64,000 nucleotides of DNA. Source: Bacteroidota bacterium. GTDB lineage: Bacteria; Bacteroidota; Bacteroidia; AKYH767-A; 2013-40CM-41-45. The translations under genes and the position numbers were made by a program. The stretch spans positions 442,839 through 506,838 of the forward strand of contig JADJSV010000002.1 in assembly GCA_016711505.1 (NCBI GenBank), in the 5' to 3' direction. The notes under the pieces were generated by a model. It was given only the letters and a program-made list of their open reading frames with translations. It searched no databases and was not told the origin of the DNA. Within the stretch, counting starts at the first letter, position 1. Every line of letters begins with the position of its first letter. Below are positions 27,821 through 36,800 of the stretch, piece by piece.

Positions 27821-30800
27821 CTATCTGACAACAATTCTTGTTGTCTTTGTTACCACCTCATCAGCCGATAATGTAACCATATAAACTCCTTTGGTCACTC
27901 CGGTAATATCAAATTCTCTCGTGTTCATTCCGGTTTCAGAAGTGAATACTTCATTTGAAATGATGTTCCCAATAAGATCAGTGATCCTGATCAGATATTT
28001 CGTTTCAGTTTCTGAATTGAACGTTACAAGAATTTTTCCTGAAGTTGGATTTGGATATACTACTATTTCAGAGTCGGTGATCTCAATTTCATCGGCAACA
28101 GTCCGACACGACAGGTTCACTGCAACATTCAATTGTCCCGGTTGTGAAGGTCCGCATAAGCTGTTAGCATTTGCACGAATTATTGAAGAAGGATTCAGCG
28201 ATGTATTGTAATTGACTACTGCGCTTGTTCCCGAAGGTGAAATTGATGCGCCACCTGTAACTGACCATGAATACGAAGTCGCACCTGAAACCGGTGCAAT
28301 GTTATAAGCAACGGATGAATTTGTTTTACAGACAGACGTAGGGCCGCTGATCACAGGAGCCGCAGGACGTGATGTAATTGTGAAACACCGCGCAGGTCCT
28401 GTTCCACAGGCACTGTTTGCAGAAACGCAGATCGTTGACGAATTGGATGTGAATGCAGGCGTAAATCTGACGTTAATAGACAATCCGTTTGGTGCAGTAG
28501 AAAGAATCGTAACACCTGCCGGAACTGTCCAGTTATAAGACGTTGCCGTTGGTACCGGAGCAATTGAATATGTAACCTCTGATAGTCCGCAAACGCCGCT
28601 TCCCGGTCCTGATATCGATCCAGGTTGAGCAGGAGTAGAGTTCACAGCGAATGAACGCGAATACGAACCACAACTGTTTGCATCAGTAATAGTAACCATT
28701 CCTGAAGTCCATGCCGGACCAAAGTTGATGGTCGCTGTTGTAGTAGATGCAGTCGTAACTGTAGATGCAACTGTTGCATCACCTGTAACTGACCATGTAT
28801 AAGATGTTGCACCAACAACAGTATTCATTGTATAGACTCCTGTTCCGCCTGCACAGACAAACGTCGGACCTGTAACCGGATTAGAGTGAGCAGGGATACC
28901 TGTGATTGTCATACCGCGGACAGCACTTGATCCTTTACAGTTCACACTGCGAACTTGAATTGAACCTTGTCCGAAGTTCGAAGGAATGCTGACTTGTATC
29001 GTATTTGTTCCTTGTCCATTTACAATAGATGCACCTGTACCTGTTATTGTCCAGTTGAAACTTGTTGCATTAGGTGCAGAAGTGGAATACGTATGTATTC
29101 CCGGACCACATGGTAGTACCGGACCTGCAATTACAGCAGGAACCGGAGGCGCCACTGTGTTCACAGGAATGTTCAGACAAGATGTTGCAGAAGTGCCGCA
29201 AACATTTACAGCAGCTACACAAATAAATCCGTTAGCATATGCAGGACCAAAAGCTACAGTGATACTGTTTGAAGTTGAAGACCCTGTTGCTCCTGTAGGA
29301 AGTGTCCAGATATACGAAGATGCTCCCGGAACCGGTGTCACCGAATAAACAATTCCTGATGTACTTCGGCATGCACCTGCCGGACCGGAAATGGATCCCG
29401 GAACAATGATCGAACCACCTGTTGTGTTAACAACAGCACTGGTTGAAGCAGTACATCCCTGGCTATCTGTAACTGTAACTGAATAATTTCCACCCGTTAG
29501 ATTATTTGCTGTTTGAGTTGTCTGTCCATTTGACCATAGATAACTATAGCTACCCGAACCACCGCTTGCATTTGCTGTGGCTGAGCCATCGCTTGATGAA
29601 CATGATGAAGGTGTAGTCGTTGTTAGTACTTCAACTTTTGTTGGTTGAGTCAGTGTAAGTGAAATTTCAGATGCACATCCATTGGCATCAATAACAGTGT
29701 AAGCCATCGTACCCGCAAACTGCGCGAAAGTACCTGTGCCGCTGTATGGTGATGTACCGCCACTTGCTGTCACATCAACTAATGTTGAACCTCCGAAACA
29801 TGATATAGAAGTACTGTTCGAAGCAGCCGCAATTAATTGCGACGGTTCGGTTACAGTGATCATTGTAGATGTAGAACATCCGTTTGCATCAGTGAGAGTA
29901 TAGTTATACATGCCTGCACCAACATTGAAATCTCCCGTTCCTGAATATGGTTCAACACCACCGGAACCGGAAACAGAAATGGTAGTTTCACCACCATAAC
30001 ATGCGATAGCTGTTGCGGAAGAGGATGCAACAAACTGTGCAGGTTCAGTTATTGTGAGAGTAACTTCAGAAGTACAACCTTTTGCATCTGTTACAACAAA
30101 AGTTTGTGTTCCAGCCGTTACAGTATGAGCGCCATCGCCGGAGTAAGGCGATGTTCCACCACTTGCCGTGATGGTAACTGTTGTTGTGCCGCCATAACAA
30201 TTGATATTTCCCTGTGAAGTTGATAGAGTTAATGATTCATCTACCGTCAACACTCCCGGTTCATATACGAGAATATAATTGGCAGGAGTATCAGCTTGTA
30301 CCAGATCACTCGGAACGATCTGATAAGTTCCACCTGCAAGATTACCACTGCCAACATTCACATTCATGTTGTCAAGAATAGTAAATACCGGTCCGCTTGC
30401 AATCACGTTACTGTCTGCATCTTCGTATTGGTAGATGGAGTTGGTGAACGTGTAAGCCGGTTGAACACCGTTGCAACCTGCAGTGGTATCGTTTGCTTTT
30501 ACAGTAAGTGTTTCAGGAACGATCGTAAGTGTTCCTAGTCCGTAAGAGATGTCGAAGTTTTCCGATAACAATACACCCGGAGCGATCACCCAGTTTCCTA
30601 CTGTGATACCGGTGATCATGTTCATGGAAGTATAACCAACAATCGAATCATTCGGATCTCCATACACATCGAGTGAATCGACGATCAGTACAGCGTATTC
30701 GTTTGATTCATCGTTGAAGGTATTGCTGTTCACGGCTTGCTTTCCATTTACGGCTTGCTTACCATTCACTGCTTGTTTACCATTCACTGCTGCTTTACCA

Positions 30801-33800
30801 TTCACGGCTTGCTTACCGTTCACGGCTGCTTTACCATTCACGGCTTGCTTGCCATTGTATAGTACAGCATTGGTTGAATCGATATGGTAATCGAAGATCG
30901 ATGCCGGATGTACCGGAATGTAATAGGTCGTGTCGTAAGAGATACTGTTCACTGCTTGTTTTCCATTGACAGCTTGTTTACCGTTGACAGCCGCTTTTCC
31001 GCTGACAAGGAAACTCATGTTCTGGAAATCGGCAGCACTCAGTCCGTTGACGGCTTGTTTACCATCGACCAGTACAATTGAAGTTGACATGGCAGACTGA
31101 TGTTCTTCCGATAATGAATCATGGAATAAAAGTTGTTCGGAAGGATCAATGTTAGAATCATCGTAAACATATGTGAACTGAATATCTTTTCCATTGATGG
31201 CATCACCATAAACCAATGTCATATCGTTTGGTGTGACCATGATCGGCATTCTTTCAATAGTAAGAACACCATCCACAAACTGATAGTTGAAGATTGCAGA
31301 AAGCGCGAGTGACTGCGGATTGGAAAGATCCGTCACCGCAGAGTGACCGCGTCTGAAATATAAACCGATATCGGAAGTGTTGGTTGCATTGGTAGAGTAG
31401 GTAACGTCTGTCAAGCCAAGCGTAGATAAAGTTTGTCCTGTGCTTGCCATTGGAACATCGTTGATCGTAACATCAAAAGAATAAGCAGGAATGACCTCGC
31501 CATATTTTTTGTTAACGCTGTTGATGGTCACTTTTACGTTCTGCGGAATCGTGCTGAGTAAATAAATAGAATCACTTACTCCACCATCCAGACCACTTGG
31601 AGCGATCGGTGGATTGTAAACCACCAGTGGCGGGTTACCTAAGAAATCAGGAAGTTCCACAGTAAGTTGATTGCCGACCACTGTAGCCGGAATTGTATCG
31701 TATTGGAAGATGACCGAAGCATCAGGAGCAATGTATTCACCATTGATGACAAGCGTGATCGGTTGTAATCCCGGTGTGAATGCAGAATCTGCTAAATGAT
31801 AATCATCGATGATCGGGAACGGATTAGCAAATGTCTGCAGCGCAGCATCGGCCTGAATGAATCCTGCTCCTGTTGCTGCATCATATCCTGCACCATCCAT
31901 GTTGATGGCAGTCGATTTCAAGAGTGCTTTCATTTGTGCACCGTTGAATGTTTCGCCTGCATAATATTTTTCTTTGGCTTCAATCAAAAGAGCAGCCACA
32001 CCCGCAGCATGCGGAGCAGCAGCAGAAGTACCGAAGAAGTTAGGGAAAAGATCGTTGTCAATATTCACGCCGCCGAAATTCACAGTTGTATTCACGCCAT
32101 TCGGAGCGCAGAAGTCAGGCTTCTGTCTGTCGATACCATCGATAAGCACTCCACCTCGTGAAGAGAAGGAAGCTACTGTCGGAGGATTCACACCATAAAC
32201 AGGGGTATTAGTATACAACACTGCACCGATCGACATAGCGCTTTCAGCATTTGCCTGTCCGATGACAGTTGCTGTTCCCTGATTGTATTCATTGATCACA
32301 CCTTCACCACGGAAGATGACATATTTGAAACGAACATTGCCAACACCACTCTTGCGGGTGATAATGATGTTTGCTCGCGAAGTAACCTTCACAACTAATG
32401 GAAGGATCTCACGTGGATCACCATCGATGTTGTTACGATTGACGCCAAACCGACGTGCACCGAACTGATCGACCAGGAAGATGTCAGGGTCATTCTGAGC
32501 ACCAACGATCTCACCGATAGAATAGAAATCATCATTCCATTGCAGAGCGATCGTATAAGTTCCTTTTGGAAGTGTTACGCTTTGATAGAAATCACCACCA
32601 CCGAAATCGTGTGCAGCACCGGCATAACCGGCAGGGGCTGCGATAGGAGTGAAATTGCCTTCGTAGGATTTTATTCCGAAGTTACCTGCCGAAGTAAAGT
32701 AGTTCACACCTGTAGCAGAAACATCTTCCACAGCTTGTGCAATGACACCATCGCGGAAGAATGGTTCAGTGATGTAGGTGATGTCATCGACAATTACTTT
32801 ACATCCTGAATCACGAAGTGATTTGATGCCATCAGCAAAGTTGCCGGCACTGATGAAACCGGAACGGAACATCAGTTCAGCATTTGGAGCAACATCATGA
32901 ATGATCTGCAGCATGGCACGACCTTCATCAGATCCTGTTCCATAAGGATATTCTTCAGAAACAATTACGTCTGTGTTGAAATTCGGATTAGCAGCACCCG
33001 GAAGATCACCATTCTGAACATCACGTTCAGCAGGAGTAGGGCTACCGAATTTAGTATTGTAACTATCAGAAAGTACACCCACTTTTACACCATCACCGGA
33101 AACTTTCCAGGCTTGTTTGGCTTTGTGTGACATCTGAGCTGAATCACCTTGCGATGTTGTCAAACCGGTTGATGCCAGCGCAAAATTTCCATTGATTGGA
33201 GTGTAGTATGGCCGGGCATAATTTATCAAAATTGGCAATGAATCGAGCTTCGGTAAATTTGCGATCGGATACATTCCTGTTATGATCAGAGTAGTGTCGC
33301 CATTATCGATCAAACTATTCATGCCATAAGCAGGAGTTTGCAATAAAGCAAGAAGTGTATTGTACTGACCTACGTTTGCAATTACCTCGATCAATACTTC
33401 GCCCTGGATTTCATCTATCTTAAAGATATTATTCGCAGCAGTAGTATCGACGAGAGAATCAGGATATGAATACAATTGAGTCAACTCAGATCCGATCAGA
33501 TTATCGATCGTGTCATTCGTTGGTGGTTCATAATATGGAATGATACAATTTGTAACGAATACTTTCAGTTCTGTTGTCGCTGTACATCCATTACCATCAG
33601 TAACAAAATAATTGTATGTTCCGGTAACAAGGTTCAGAGTATCGCTTCCTGTATAAGTGTAAGGCGCAACACCATTCAACGGAACAAGATTTACATCACC
33701 ACTTGTTGCTCCGTTTTCTGCACAAACAAATAACGTATCGCCTGCAGATGTTGTAAGTGATAAATTACATACGAAAGAACAGTTAGTACTGAACGATGCA

Positions 33801-36800
33801 CCTGCATCTTTTCCTGCGCTCCAGAAAGTATTCATGTCGTTCACATTGTCAACCTGAATACATGAAAGTGAAGGATTTCCTGTTGCATTGAATGAAATCA
33901 GGTTTGAATTGTTTCCATTCTGGATATTCAAACTTGAAAGGTTGTTTTGATTTACAAGTAAGTCCGATAAGCTTGGAGTAGAGGAAAGATCAAGTTCAGT
34001 TAAATTATTATTTTGACTTATGAACTGCGTGATACCCGGATTCTGACTCATATCGATTGAAGTCAAGCCCGGATTGTTTGAAATGTTTAATGTCGATAAC
34101 AGTGGATTGTTCGTTACATCTAAACTTGTCAATTGATTACCCAGTGCAATAACAACAGTTAAGTTTGCATTATTTGTTAAGTCAAGTGATGTAATGTTAT
34201 TGAATGGACATTCAAGCCAGAATAAATTTGTATTTGAGCTGATGTCGATTGTCGTAAGCTGGTTAATTCTACATACTAATTGTTGAAGTGCAGTATTCGA
34301 AGAAACGTCTAATGTTGTTAGTTGATTACTTCCAACATCAAGATAATTCAACTGTGTATTTGCAGAAACATCAATTGTTGTTAACTGGTTATTATAAACC
34401 TGTAAAACCGTTAATGATGTGAAAGCTTCAATTCCGGTCAGATCTGAAATTGACAGGCCGTTTACATCCATATTACCGTTGAAAGCTAATGCTTCCGAGC
34501 ATTCAATTTCTAAATTGCTGTTTGTGTTGATGCTTGCATTTGCAAGCAAAGCATTTTTGAAGTTGACGTCAGGGATATTCACATAGCATACACAATTTGT
34601 TCCTGTAACAACTCCACCCGGAGAGACCCAGTTTGATGTCGCACCTTCAAGGTCAAAGTTGTTCAGTATTGCATTGTTGCCATTGCCGCTTACATCAGTA
34701 TCATTTATAACACTTACGTTACTTTCATTAGCAAAGCCTTGATTAAAATGAAAGGCAGCAGCTAATCCGGGTTGAGCACCGATCTCACAGTTCATATTGT
34801 CAACGATCTGCGATTGAGATCTGCTAACATTCCAGATTCTGACTTCATCTAATGCACCATCCAGAAATTCATTACCAAATGATTTTCCGATCTGAAGATT
34901 ATTTGCAGTCGGAACATTTAAAGTGCCCGGAGTATCTTGTCCGCGTAACACACCATCGGTATATATCGAACGTGTTGTACCATCGTACGTGGCAGCAATG
35001 TGATGCCAGTTACCATCAAGTATATTTGGAATCATCACTATAAGATCATTCGCCCACCAGTAATTAACCAGTTGTGTTGGTCCGGCAAATCTGATCGCAT
35101 TAGATTCATTCTGTGTTCCGAAGTTTCCATATCCTATGAATCCTTCGTTGAAGTTAATTGTATTTGGTTTGATCCATGCTTCAAGAGTATAAGGGCTGTT
35201 GCCGGTTGGAAGATTGTCGACTGTGTTTAATGAAACAAAATCATTAACTCCATCAAAATCCAGAGCAGCTGCCGGTGTACAACCTGAGTGAGTATTAATA
35301 TCTGAATCATCACAATCATTATAGTCATTCACAAGGTTTCCAGGTGCAAAGCAAGGAGATGTAACAACTATAGAGTTATTAGGGTCTCCAAAGCCATCAC
35401 CATCCAGATCATAATACATTGTACCTGCATAACCACCATTCCAGTTAGAAACGTTGAAGTCTCCTGAAAGTGAAAAAGAGATCAGTTGACCAATGTTATT
35501 GGTCGAAGTAAAATCAGTAAGAATGTTGACTCCTGGATTCTCGGTGTTAGCTGTACCGTGATCGAAAGGATAATAATTTATTAAATTCGGTTCATAATAG
35601 ACATAAGCAGTCATTTTGGATCTGATCTCTGCTTGTGTTTTTGCTACATCCCAGATACGTACCTCGTCCATTTTTCCGGAGTACCACTCAAGATTGAAAT
35701 CAGGCCATCCGCCTAGTCGGCCAACATTAAATCCTGATGTTAAATCTCTGGAGTAAGTGTCAGTTATGGATTCGTCAACTCTTCCATTTACATAGATCTT
35801 ATAATTCATCCCTGCTCTTACCACTGCAACATGTGTCCATTGATTGAGCGAGATTGAAGTTGTTCCGGAAACTACTAAATAACCAGGAGCTCCGGCTTCT
35901 GCAAGTTCTAGCATAAGATTTCCGGAATCAAATTTAAGTCCGAACCAATTCCCCGCACCACCAGATTCACTCGTTCTGTTTGTGATAATATATCCGTTAG
36001 TTGTTGCATATGGGTGAATCCATGCTTCAATAGTGAAATCATTTGTTCCAAGATTGAAGTCCTGCATTTCTACATAGCTGGTAGCACCATCAAATGAAAG
36101 TGAATTATTTTCACTGATATTTCCATTACAGTTTTGATCTGTTCCGTCGCAAATTTCAAGAGCACCGGGACCTTCACTGTAACTATTAGGGCTGCAATCA
36201 TTACTGAAAAATGAACTTCCACAAGGCGTAGCCGGCAGTACTCCAAAACCATCGTTATCATAATCATAATAAGTTGTATGAAGATCATCGCAATCCAGAT
36301 TATTAACTACATATCCCGGAACAGGAGCAACATCAATGATCTGACTTGCATTGTCTCCAAATCCATCACCATCAACATCTGCATAGAAAGTTCCCGGTAA
36401 ATTACAATTTGTACCTGTAACAACACCGCCACTGGTGATCCAGTTTGAAGTGTTTCCGTCAAGTGTAAAATTGAAAAGACTTCCATTCCCGTTGAGTGCC
36501 GCATCTGCTAACTGATCAATCATTGGTGTTGTGTTATCACTTTCTCCTATACCTTGATTGAAATGATAATTGGCCAACAAGTCTGATTGCGGTGCAAGAA
36601 TTTCACAAGCATAATGATCTGTAATTTCCTGGGCCGTTAATGCTCTTGACCAGATACGAAGTTCATCCATAGATCCCGGGTAGAATCCTGAAGTTCCTAA
36701 TCTAGATCCGACATATATTGAACTGCCAAGTCCACCGCCTATTGCAGTAACTGATGCCACAAATGCACCATTTACATAGATAGATTGTAAATTAGTTTGG

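Noticed and set aside
31796-32161. 121-aa plus-strand ORF that is conserved almost residue-for-residue at 51571-51936. The same applies to the pairs 31974/51749, 32283/52058, 32540/52315 and 32897/52672.
   Set aside because: All are antisense to the duplicated S8 core of the giant genes. Their 'conservation' simply mirrors the near-identical DNA. The translations are low-complexity (Cys/Ser/Ile-rich) and have no start context.
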